Origin: Candidatus Bathyarchaeota archaeon
Lineage (GTDB): Archaea > Thermoproteota > Bathyarchaeia > Hecatellales > Hecatellaceae
DNA length: 64,000 nucleotides
NCBI GenBank assembly: GCA_052246995.1
Contig: JBQPWD010000003.1
Location: 96,001-160,000, forward strand
Direction of reading: 5' to 3'
Below the pieces are notes generated by a model that made no database searches, was not told the DNA's origin, and saw nothing but the letters and a program-made list of their open reading frames with translations. This document shows, piece by piece, positions 47,400 through 56,265 of this stretch; position 1 is the stretch's first letter; every line of letters starts with the position of its first letter. The position numbers and the translations under genes were made by a program.

Positions 47400-48687
47400 C
47401 TTCAATTACACGTCCACCAAGACTTTCAACCCTACCTAAAATTTTATCTGCAAAGTGTTCTGTAGATTTAACGTCAACAAGTATTAAGTTTTCATGAAAA
47501 TCTTGACTAATCACTGTAGAAAACTTCCTTATTTTTGAGAGAAGCGAAAGAGATTCAGAGTTTAATGGTAGTTGTAGGGATAATTGAATAAAGTTTTTTA
47601 GGTTGTTAGCAACAGCTTCTTTTAAACTTTCAATGTTAACTTTTTTAAGTGCACTTATTGGAACAATGTTTGAAGCCATACCAGCCATGCTTTCCATAAC
47701 CCTCCTAACTTTTGCCTCGCTAATAAGGTCTATCTTATTTAAGGCAGTTACAATTGGTATTCCAACAGCTCCAATTTCACTTAAAACATTTAAGCAACAT
47801 GTAGTTTTTCTTTGAACTTCTTCAACGTCCTCGCTACAATCAACAACTAGTATAATAAGGTTTGAACAAATTGTTTCTTCAAGAGTTGATTTAAACGCCT
47901 CAATCAACGTTAAAGGTAAGCCGTCAATAAACCCTACAGTATCTATAAGTAACGCCTTTTTACCATCAAAGTCTGTAGCCGAAATCTTTGTTGAAAGTGT
48001 TGTAAAAATGCTGTTTGAAACTTTAACTTTTTCACCCGTAAGAGTGTTAAAAAGTGTACTTTTTCCAGCAGCAGTGTAGCCGCAAAGTGAAACCAACGGA
48101 AAACCTAAATTAACTCTTAAGGTACGCTTAATCTTCCTTTCAACTCTAATTTTTTGAAGTTCATTTTCAATACTTGAAATTCTTCTTCTTATAGCTTCAT
48201 AGTAAACATCGGCTTCATACTTTCCAAGTCCATGAAATCCTGGTTGCTCACCAAGTTTTGCAAGTCTAACTTTTTCCTTTGCTCTTGTAAGTTCATATTT
48301 AAGTTTTGCAAGCTCTATTTGAAGTTTTGCCTCTTTTGTTGATGCATGTTTGTTAAAAACTTCAAGAATAAGCTGAAACTTGTCTATAACCTCAACACCA
48401 GTTTTTTTAGCAAGGTTGTAAGCTTGAATAGGTTTAAGCTCATTTTCAAATATCACCTTTTCAGCAGATGTTTCCTTAACAATTTTTGCAAGTTCCTCAA
48501 CCTTACCACTACCAATCTGGTACTTTGAGCTTGGATACCTAACTTGACTTAAGCATCCAACAACTTCATACCCGACTGTTTCAGCTAAAATTTTAAGTTC
48601 ATGTAAAAGACTTTTTTCCTCTGGAAGCCTACGTTCCACCAGAACTGCTTTCAGTCTTCCCACCTTTTCTGCCCTTACCCTCTCCAA
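47386..48687 (-). CDS. hflX: GTPase HflX
   Basis: [38 protein letters not shown]; start may be GTG about 48663. Confidence 0.93.
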   Translation of the reverse strand: MERVRAEKVGRLKAVLVERRLPEEKSLLHELKILAETVGYEVVGCLSQVRYPSSKYQIGSGKVEELAKIVKETSAEKVIFENELKPIQAYNLAKKTGVEVIDKFQLILEVFNKHASTKEAKLQIELAKLKYELTRAKEKVRLAKLGEQPGFHGLGKYEADVYYEAIRRRISSIENELQKIRVERKIKRTLRVNLGFPLVSLCGYTAAGKSTLFNTLTGEKVKVSNSIFTTLSTKISATDFDGKKALLIDTVGFIDGLPLTLIEAFKSTLEETICSNLIILVVDCSEDVEEVQRKTTCCLNVLSEIGAVGIPIVTALNKIDLISEAKVRRVMESMAGMASNIVPISALKKVNIESLKEAVANNLKNFIQLSLQLPLNSESLSLLSKIRKFSTVISQDFHENLILVDVKSTEHFADKILGRVESLGGRVIEVIKV

Positions 48688-49174
48688 GGCTTATTGAAAC
48701 TACATCGCCTATTGTTAACCTTTCATCCAATTTAGGCTTAAACTCCTCTATTTTTAAAGGTTGAGGAGCTTTGGTTGTAAGCTTAATTTTAAGTACATGC
48801 TCCAACCTTTTGATTGTAGCTAAATCTGGAACAACTCTACCAGTTTCAATTTTACTTACAAATGATGCTTTTTCATTCATTTTTGACGCTAAATCCTCCT
48901 GAGACCAGCCAAGTTTTTCCCTCGCATTTTTAATTCTTAAACCATAATCCTCAACTAAAACAAGGTCCTCATCAAGGCCTGTTTGAGCTTCACTGATTCT
49001 TTTAGCAGTTGGAGGTTTGACCTCAGATTTTTTAACGGTTTTTTCCAATGTTGCTGGTGAACCGTATCCTGAACATTCTTCGCATGTTATAAGTTTTGCA
49101 CCTTCAATTATTATATTATGTATTTTTCCCTGAATTGGTTTTCCACAAACTTCACAACGCATAAAGCATACCAT
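48629..49174 (-). CDS. Archaeal multiprotein bridging factor aMBF1
   Basis: CEVCG..CEEC Zn ribbon plus HTH (IKNAREKLGWSQEDLA), LTIGDV. Confidence 0.9.
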   Translation of the reverse strand: MVCFMRCEVCGKPIQGKIHNIIIEGAKLITCEECSGYGSPATLEKTVKKSEVKPPTAKRISEAQTGLDEDLVLVEDYGLRIKNAREKLGWSQEDLASKMNEKASFVSKIETGRVVPDLATIKRLEHVLKIKLTTKAPQPLKIEEFKPKLDERLTIGDVVSISLGEGKGRKGGKTESSSGGT

Positions 49175-49250
49175 TAAATCCTTATTCTTCCCTGTTATAT
49201 TTTAAATTGGGTAACATTAAATTTAAGGTTTAACCTTATAGAGTGTTTTT

Positions 49251-50390
49251 ATGAATTTTGACTTCATGGTTACAACTATTAATGGTTTTGAAGATGTTGC
49301 CGCGAAAGAGGTTCAGGATATTTTAGGTGTTGAAGTTAAACTTGATGTTGGAAAAATCTTCTTCAACTCAAATGTTAATGCTATTTACATGTTAAACCTT
49401 GATGGTAGGTGTATTCACAAAGTTTTCATTGTTTTAGGTGTTTTAAAGTTTAAAAATCTAGATGAGATTTACCGTGAGACTAGAAGGATAGATTATGGGT
49501 GGATTATAGGTTCAAACCAGTCTTTTGCTGTTAGAGCTGAAAGACATGGCTACCACAACTTTACAAGTCTTGATGTTGCAGCTGTTGTAGGTAAAGCAAT
49601 TATAGAAAGTTTTCTAGAGGCGTATAATGTAAGGTTAAAAGTTAACCTTAAAAATCCAGATGTAGAATTTTATGCTTTTGTTAAGAACTCAACTCTCATT
49701 TTAAGTGTAAATACTACAGGAGAATCTTTACATAAACGTGGCTACAGAGTTTATAACCATCCGGCAGCATTAAAAACCAGCTTAGCATGCTGTCTTGTAA
49801 GGTATAGTGGTTGGAGATTTAATCAAACCCTTTTAGACCCTATGTGCGGTGGCGGGACAATACCTATAGAAGCTGTTTTAATGGCTAAGCGGAAACCGTT
49901 AAACAGCTTTAGACATGAGTTTGCATTTTTTAAGCTAAAATTTTTTAACAAAGAAGAATACGAAAAAATTTGTGAAAAGTTTAGTGAAAAAAGGGTTGAA
50001 AAGTTAAAAGTTTACGGTATTGATGTTTCCAGTAAACACTTAAATGGTGCAATAATGAATGCTAGGTCTGCTGGTGTTTATGATGATGTAGTTTTTATTC
50101 TTGGTGATGCTAGAAAACTGGGAAGATATGTTAATTTTAAACCTGAATACATTATAGTCAACCCTCCGTATGGTATAAGAAGCTTAAGAAAAGAGGCTGT
50201 AAAAAAACTTTACAGGGATCTTCTTCTCTCCATAAAAGAAATCTCAGAAAACACAATATTAACCCTGATTACTGGTGCATGGAATGAATTTAAAGCTGTC
50301 TTAAAAGAGCTTAACATTCAGGATGTTGAAGAAAAAATTGTTATGCATGGAAATCTTCTAACAAAAGTTTTTAAATGTAGAATTTCTTAA
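49251..50390 (+). CDS. THUMP-domain tRNA (guanine-N2)-methyltransferase, Trm14-like
   Basis: THUMP domain, SLHKRGYR..HPAALK, DPMCGGGTI, NPPYG. Confidence 0.88.
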   Translation: MNFDFMVTTINGFEDVAAKEVQDILGVEVKLDVGKIFFNSNVNAIYMLNLDGRCIHKVFIVLGVLKFKNLDEIYRETRRIDYGWIIGSNQSFAVRAERHGYHNFTSLDVAAVVGKAIIESFLEAYNVRLKVNLKNPDVEFYAFVKNSTLILSVNTTGESLHKRGYRVYNHPAALKTSLACCLVRYSGWRFNQTLLDPMCGGGTIPIEAVLMAKRKPLNSFRHEFAFFKLKFFNKEEYEKICEKFSEKRVEKLKVYGIDVSSKHLNGAIMNARSAGVYDDVVFILGDARKLGRYVNFKPEYIIVNPPYGIRSLRKEAVKKLYRDLLLSIKEISENTILTLITGAWNEFKAVLKELNIQDVEEKIVMHGNLLTKVFKCRIS

Positions 50391-50438
50391 ATTCAAGTTT
50401 TTATTAGTATTGTTAGAATTAGAGAGACGAGGTACTAA

Positions 50439-51260
50439 ATGAATCTTAAAAAATTGATAAATAACCTTACCGAGGAAATCAGGAAAAAGGAAAGCGTTAT
50501 TGTAGCTTTCTCTGGTGGTGTTGATTCTTCCGTTGCTGCTGCACTATCCTATAGAGCGTTAAAAAATAAGGCTTTAGCTGTAACCATTAACTCTCCACTT
50601 CTTTCACGTGGAGAACTTGCAAACGCAAAAAAAGTTGCAAAGGAGATAGGTATAAACCATTTAGTGGTTACGTTAAACGAACTTAAACTAAAAAATTTCG
50701 TTAAAAATCCGCCAAACCGCTGTTACATCTGTAAAAGGTTTCGTTTAAAGTTTCTTAAGAAGATAGCAGCAAAAAAAGGTTTTAACGTTGTTATAGATGG
50801 AACAAATTTTAATGATACTGGTGAGTACAGACCTGGGCTTCTGGCTTTGAAGGAGGAAAACGTTTATACTCCATTTTTGGAGTATGGTTTAGGAAAAATG
50901 TTAATTAGAAAAATCGCGAAAAATCTTAACTTATCAGTTTACAATAAACCTCCAAGCGCATGTCTAGCTTCAAGATTTCCCTACGGAGTTAGGTTAAGCT
51001 TAGATGGGTTAAAACGTGTTGATGAAGCTGAATCATACATTAAAGCTAAATTAGGATTAAATGTTGTTAGAGTTAGGGATCATGGCGAGCTTGCTCGGGT
51101 AGAGATTGAAAGAAAAGATTACAAGGTAGTTTTATGTAACAAAAACTTAGATAACATCATCAGAAAGTTAAGAAAACTTGGCTTTAAATTTGTAACCCTA
51201 GACTTGGAAGGTTATAGGTCAGGAAGTTTTGACTACCAACTTAAAGATAAAAAAACCTAA
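50439..51260 (+). CDS. larE: LarE-family ATP-dependent sulfur transferase
   Basis: PP-loop AFSGGVDS, NRCYICK, DGTN..D..YRPG, ACLASRFPYG, VRVRDHG. Confidence 0.88.
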   Translation: MNLKKLINNLTEEIRKKESVIVAFSGGVDSSVAAALSYRALKNKALAVTINSPLLSRGELANAKKVAKEIGINHLVVTLNELKLKNFVKNPPNRCYICKRFRLKFLKKIAAKKGFNVVIDGTNFNDTGEYRPGLLALKEENVYTPFLEYGLGKMLIRKIAKNLNLSVYNKPPSACLASRFPYGVRLSLDGLKRVDEAESYIKAKLGLNVVRVRDHGELARVEIERKDYKVVLCNKNLDNIIRKLRKLGFKFVTLDLEGYRSGSFDYQLKDKKT

Positions 51261-51355
51261 AAAGCAGATCTTATATTTACCTTTTAGGTTTCAATTCTTT
51301 AATGTTTTTAACACGGTGAAATTTTTTACTTATTAATTCTCATCAACATTTAGGG

Positions 51356-52291
51356 ATGTTTTGGATGGTTAAATGTTACGGATGTTTGAATGTGGAGGCT
51401 TCCGTGCAGATTCCCTATGCAAAACTTTACTATTGTAAAGTTTGTTTTAACGAGTTTCTTCTGAAAAGGGTAAAGGAAACCGTTAAAAAATATAATATGT
51501 TTAGCTTTGATGACAAAATTGGGGTAGCTATTTCAGGTGGAAAGGATAGTGCTGTTTTGCTTCACATCTTAAAAAAGGCTTTTCCGGATGCTAAGCTTAT
51601 TCCTTTCCACATAAATCTTAGAATAGAAAATTATTCTGAAGATTGCTTGGAAAAGGCTAATGAACTGACTAAAAGTCTTGGGTTAGACCTTTTTGTTTAC
51701 GATTTAAGGGCGGAAAAAGGTTTTAGTATAGACGATTACAGGAAGACCAAGTACAGGAGGAAGTTATGCTCAGTTTGTGGGGTAATAAAAAGGCATGTGT
51801 TTAATGAAGTAGCGGAAAGACTTAATGTAGATGTTTTGGCAACAGGCCATAACTTGGATGATTTAGTCGAAATTATGTTTTCAAACTTTTTAGCTGGAGA
51901 TTTTAAACAGCTTATTAAGTTAAAACCAGTTATTTTACCCTTTCACCCAAAGCTTGTAAAAAAGGTTAAACCTCTTTTTAGAACACCAGAAAATGAGACA
52001 GCCTTATATGCTTACTTTAACAACCTTCCAGTTAGGAAAGCAAACTGTCCATATACTGTTGGTTCAAGACTTTTGGAGAGAAAAAAACTTCTAGAAGTTT
52101 TTTCAAAAGAAAATCCAAGTTTTAAATATCAACTCCTCTCGGTTTTTCTAAAAAAGCTAATTCCAATTTTAGAGGAGAAAGAAAAAGAAAAGGTTTCCGG
52201 TACATGTGAAGTTTGTGGTTTTCCAGCCTCTACCAAAATTTGTGGAAGTTGTAGAAGAATTATAGAGATAAAATCTATCTTAAAAAAGTAG
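51356..52291 (+). CDS. tRNA 2-thiolation protein TtuA/NcsA family
   Basis: N- and C-terminal Zn fingers, SGGKDS, CSVCG..KR, TGHNLDD, CP. Confidence 0.88.
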   Translation: MFWMVKCYGCLNVEASVQIPYAKLYYCKVCFNEFLLKRVKETVKKYNMFSFDDKIGVAISGGKDSAVLLHILKKAFPDAKLIPFHINLRIENYSEDCLEKANELTKSLGLDLFVYDLRAEKGFSIDDYRKTKYRRKLCSVCGVIKRHVFNEVAERLNVDVLATGHNLDDLVEIMFSNFLAGDFKQLIKLKPVILPFHPKLVKKVKPLFRTPENETALYAYFNNLPVRKANCPYTVGSRLLERKKLLEVFSKENPSFKYQLLSVFLKKLIPILEEKEKEKVSGTCEVCGFPASTKICGSCRRIIEIKSILKK

Positions 52292-52557
52292 AAGCCCAGG
52301 CTACACCTTTAGTTTCCTTTAATACTTTTGGACACATTTAACTAGAATTTTTCCATCTTTCATAGTAAGCTCCTTGCCTTCATCAGTTTTTAATCTGTTT
52401 CTATTGTTTATCATGTCTAAGTAAAGCAACAATGCTCTTCTCTAGATTCATGTATCATCTTGACACTTTTTAACCTACCTCATAATTTTTATGTTTAAAC
52501 ACAAAACACTCTAAGCTTAGTTTCTTGTAGCTTTAGAACTATCCAAACATTTGGCTA

Positions 52558-53766
52558 TCACTCGAGTGAACGAGAAATTTCCTCAATGATTGATAAAAAT
52601 TTTTCTACCTCCTCAACAGTGTTATAAAGGTATGTTGATACACGCACAGTTCCCTGAGGCTTACCAAGTATAAACTTAACTAGTGGGTGTGCACAGTGTA
52701 ACCCCGACCTTACAGCAATAGCTTTAGAATCAAGTATTAATGCTAAATCATGAGGGTTTAAGTTTTTAACGTTAAAGGAGGTTACTCCTATCTTAAACTC
52801 AGGTTTTGGTCCGTATACTTCCACGCCTGATATTCTTACCAACCCATCATAAATCTTTCTAGATAACATTTTTTCATGTTGCTCTATATTTTCAAGTCCT
52901 ACGCTTTTTAAATATTCAGCAGCAGCCTTTAACCCTATTACTTCACCTATAGCTGGTGTTCCTGCCTCAAATTTTGACGGGCCTTTAAGAAGCCTATAGT
53001 CATCAATATTAACAGCCTCCACAGTTCCTCCACCAACATAGATTGGTGTTAAACTTTCCATCAACTCTTCACGCATATAAAGGACGCCTGATCCTGTTGG
53101 CCCACACATTTTGTGACCTGAAAAAGTAAAAAAATCGCAATCTACTTTGTTTACATTTATTTTTATGTGAGGTGTTGATTGTGCCCCATCTACAAGTACC
53201 CTCGCACCGTGTTTGTGAGCTATTTCCACTATTTCCTTGACTGGTGATAAGACTCCTAGAACATTTGAAGCATGGGTTACAGCTACAATCTTTGTTCGGT
53301 CATCTATAGCTTTTTCAAAATCTGAGAGTTTTAGGAAGCCCTCTGTTGTTGGTTTAATATACTCGACTTTAACCCCGTAAAGCTCACTGCAACGTATCCA
53401 TGGTAAAAGGTTTGAGTGATGCTCTAAAAGAGTTGTAACAACTTTATCGTTTTTCTTAAAATTTATACTATGGGCAACTATGTTTACTCCTTCAGTAGCG
53501 TTTTTAACAAAAATAATTTCCTCTTTTGATTTTGCACCTATAAAGTTGGCAATTACCTTTCTAGCATCTTCGTACTCTTTACTAGCTCTTTGTGAAGAAC
53601 TGTACAACCCTCTTTCAATGTTTGCACGGTATTCAATGTAATACTCTAACATTTTATCTATAACTGGTTTTGGTGTTAAGCTGCTGGCCGCGTTATCAAG
53701 GTATATAATTCCAGATTTTAGCTGTGGAAAATCTTTTCTTATCTTTTTAACGTTTAACATCTTCAA
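52558..53766 (-). CDS. sufS: Cysteine desulfurase, SufS-type
   Basis: YLDNAAS, FSGHKM.GP.G.G, FEAGTP, RSGLHCA. Confidence 0.92.
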   Translation of the reverse strand: MKMLNVKKIRKDFPQLKSGIIYLDNAASSLTPKPVIDKMLEYYIEYRANIERGLYSSSQRASKEYEDARKVIANFIGAKSKEEIIFVKNATEGVNIVAHSINFKKNDKVVTTLLEHHSNLLPWIRCSELYGVKVEYIKPTTEGFLKLSDFEKAIDDRTKIVAVTHASNVLGVLSPVKEIVEIAHKHGARVLVDGAQSTPHIKINVNKVDCDFFTFSGHKMCGPTGSGVLYMREELMESLTPIYVGGGTVEAVNIDDYRLLKGPSKFEAGTPAIGEVIGLKAAAEYLKSVGLENIEQHEKMLSRKIYDGLVRISGVEVYGPKPEFKIGVTSFNVKNLNPHDLALILDSKAIAVRSGLHCAHPLVKFILGKPQGTVRVSTYLYNTVEEVEKFLSIIEEISRSLE

Positions 53767-53935
53767 TCTCCAGTTGTCACTCCTTGAAGTAAGTTAAGAA
53801 TAGAATTTTTAATTTTTTGCTAATTATGTTAAGATTTGAAACATGTTTAATTTTTTATCTTTATTTTTATAAATTTTAGAGCAGAGTTCTTAAATCTAGG
53901 GTTAAAGTCTATATTTTCACAGTAGCCGAACTCTT

Positions 53936-53957
53936 ACACCTCCCAAAAGGGAGGTGT
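53936..53957 (+). promoter_or_regulatory. 9-bp hairpin sequestering the Shine-Dalgarno of the downstream 88-aa ORF
   Basis: ACACCTCCC-AAAA-GGGAGGTGT; the 3' arm contains GGAGGTG, 5 nt before ATG 53962. Confidence 0.6.
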
Positions 53958-53961
53958 TTTC

Positions 53962-54228
53962 ATGTTTCCCCCAACCATTAGGCTTGTTAGAGGTTACATT
54001 ATAGACTACTTAGTGGACAGTCTAGAGGGAAGCGTTAACCCTGAAAAAGTTTTTAGCAATATAAGAGGAATCATATTATCAAAACAGTTAACATTAGATG
54101 AAGTTTTAAACACAATTGACAACATTGAACATGACCCACTTTGCCTGCCTTATCTTCCAAAAATAGAAAAAATAAGAAGACTTAGAAGGCTTAGAAAACT
54201 GTTATCAGAATTATCTAGTATTGAGTAA
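53962..54228 (+). CDS. Hypothetical protein (88 aa)
   Basis: Strong SD, ATG start, host-like codon usage; no family recognised. Confidence 0.7.
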   Translation: MFPPTIRLVRGYIIDYLVDSLEGSVNPEKVFSNIRGIILSKQLTLDEVLNTIDNIEHDPLCLPYLPKIEKIRRLRRLRKLLSELSSIE

Positions 54229-54247
54229 ACAGCTTAAACTAAATATT

Positions 54248-54342
54248 TTTTTACTGGCAATTGCTGCATATCATGCAGTTAACAGAAAGTTTAAGTTTGA
54301 GCTAGAGTTTTGCAGGAGTAAGCATAATTTTGCCAGTAAAAA
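54248..54342. repeat. 95-bp element bounded by perfect 13-bp inverted repeats
   Basis: TTTTTACTGGCAA (54248-60) / TTGCCAGTAAAAA (54330-42); internal hairpin CTGCAT-ATC-ATGCAG. Confidence 0.65.
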
Positions 54343-54414
54343 GGACTATTCCGATAAAAACTTATAGATAAGGTTTTATAATTTGTTTAAGCTTAATTTA
54401 ATGGGTATGGAGTA

Positions 54415-55020
54415 ATGTATCGTGAACACCTAATTCCTGGAGCAACAACTGTCGGTGTTACATGTAAAGACGGAGTTATCCTGGCTGCTGAAAAAAGAGT
54501 TGCTTATGGCTATCTTCTTCTAAGCAAAACTGGGAAAAAAATTTTCAAATTGAGTGACAGGATTGGGGCAGCATGTGCAGGTCTTATTGGTGATATGCAA
54601 ATACTTGCTAGAGAAGCATCAGCTTACGCAACCATCTACGCTTTAGAAAGGAGGAGGCCTATTAGTGTTGGAGCTATGGCTAAACTTATTGCAAACTTAC
54701 TTTTTGAAAGAAGACTCTTCCCACTAATAACTCAAACAATAATTGGTGGGGTTGATGATGAAGGGTCGCATGTTTACGTACTTGATCCCTTAGGATCTGT
54801 TATACCCGATAAATATGCTAGTGTAGGTTCTGGTGCTGAAATTGCCACAGGTATTTTGGAGGCTGAATATAAGGACGGCCTAACCGTTGAACAAGGTAAA
54901 AATCTTGCTTTTAGAAGTATTAAGGCTGCGGTTTCACGTGATGTTCAAAGTGGGGATGGTGTAGATTTTCTAATTATAACTGCTGACGGTTCAAGGGAAG
55001 AAAGTATAGACTTTAAATAG
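54415..55020 (+). CDS. psmB: 20S proteasome beta subunit
   Basis: GATTVG..CKDGVILAAEKR, AGLIGD, GSGA, RDVQSG. Confidence 0.93.
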   Translation: MYREHLIPGATTVGVTCKDGVILAAEKRVAYGYLLLSKTGKKIFKLSDRIGAACAGLIGDMQILAREASAYATIYALERRRPISVGAMAKLIANLLFERRLFPLITQTIIGGVDDEGSHVYVLDPLGSVIPDKYASVGSGAEIATGILEAEYKDGLTVEQGKNLAFRSIKAAVSRDVQSGDGVDFLIITADGSREESIDFK

Positions 55021-55119
55021 ATAATTTTTAAGTTTTTTGTTCTTTATCTCCTGTTTTGCCTAACACCACATCCTTCCTGATCCTATTATAGACTATATTA
55101 ACTCTTAGGTTGAAGATAA

Positions 55120-56265
55120 TTGGATAAATTTAAGCTTGTTAATGTTAATGAAGTTAATAAAATGTTAAAGAAGCTTATTTCAATTCCAAGTGTAAGTGGA
55201 AGTGAGCACGAAATCACAGATTATGTTGAGGAAAAACTTTTAGCTTACGGTTTTAACGTTGAAAGAATACTTGTTAAAGGTTGCGGACCTACTCTTTTTG
55301 CTTACTATAAAACTAACCCTAAAGGTTTAAACCTACTTTTTTATGGTCATCTTGACACCGTTAAACCTGTTGAAGGTTGGGCTTTCCCTCCATTTAAACC
55401 TAAAATAATTGATGGTAAAATGTACGGACTTGGCTCATGTGACATGAAAGGAGGTTTGGCTGCTATCCTTGAGGCTTTAAAGAGGCTTACAAACCTTAAA
55501 AAACTTTATGGGAATATCTTTGTTGCTTTAGTAAGTGATGAGGAACTTTACTCTAGAGGTTGTGATAGCCTTATAAAGCTTGGAAAACTTAAAGGGATTG
55601 ATGCCGCTATTTCAGCTGAGTCTACAAGTGTTTCGAGAATGGAAATTGGACGTTTTGGTCGTGCAGTCTATGATATAATTGTGAAGGGTAGAAGCTCTCA
55701 CGTTACAAATTTTAAAAAAAGGGTTGATGCCGTTGTTGAAGCCTCAAAGATTGTTTTATCCCTTAAAAAGCTGGGAGGTGAGGGAAGTTTTACTGTTTTA
55801 GCTATAAATGGTGGAACAGAGTTTTTATCAACTCCCGATACATGTAGGATTGTTATTGATAAACAGCTTAGTCTAAAAGAATCTAAAGAAGCTTTTTTAA
55901 GAAAGATTAAAAATTTAACCAAGAAACTTAACTTAAAATCTAGTGTTACAGTTAAAGTTTTTAAAAGGCCAACTCCGTACATGAAACCTTATGTATTGGG
56001 TAGTAGGGGTAACAGAATAATTGAGGCTGTTGAAAAGGCTTGCAAAGTAGTTAAAGGTAGATTTCCAAAAAAAGTTGTTGGAAAATGTGTTGGAGATGAA
56101 AACTACCTCGTTGTTAGGGCGCAAATACCAACAGTAACCATTGGACCTAAAGGTGGAAATGAGCATTCGGCAAATGAGTACGTATACCTTAATTCTGTTG
56201 CTGATGCAGCTAACATTTATCTATATTCAACATTATTCTTTTTTGGCGAGTTAAGGGGGTTTTGA
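55120..56265 (+). CDS. M20 metallopeptidase/deacylase (ArgE/DapE-like)
   Basis: GHLDTV, GSCDMKGG, DEE, HSANE. Confidence 0.88.
   Translation: MDKFKLVNVNEVNKMLKKLISIPSVSGSEHEITDYVEEKLLAYGFNVERILVKGCGPTLFAYYKTNPKGLNLLFYGHLDTVKPVEGWAFPPFKPKIIDGKMYGLGSCDMKGGLAAILEALKRLTNLKKLYGNIFVALVSDEELYSRGCDSLIKLGKLKGIDAAISAESTSVSRMEIGRFGRAVYDIIVKGRSSHVTNFKKRVDAVVEASKIVLSLKKLGGEGSFTVLAINGGTEFLSTPDTCRIVIDKQLSLKESKEAFLRKIKNLTKKLNLKSSVTVKVFKRPTPYMKPYVLGSRGNRIIEAVEKACKVVKGRFPKKVVGKCVGDENYLVVRAQIPTVTIGPKGGNEHSANEYVYLNSVADAANIYLYSTLFFFGELRGF

Noticed and set aside
52290-52495. SD-preceded short minus-strand frames between ttuA and sufS
   Set aside because: Fragments of 31 aa or less with no recognisable homology; cannot be supported as a gene or pseudogene.
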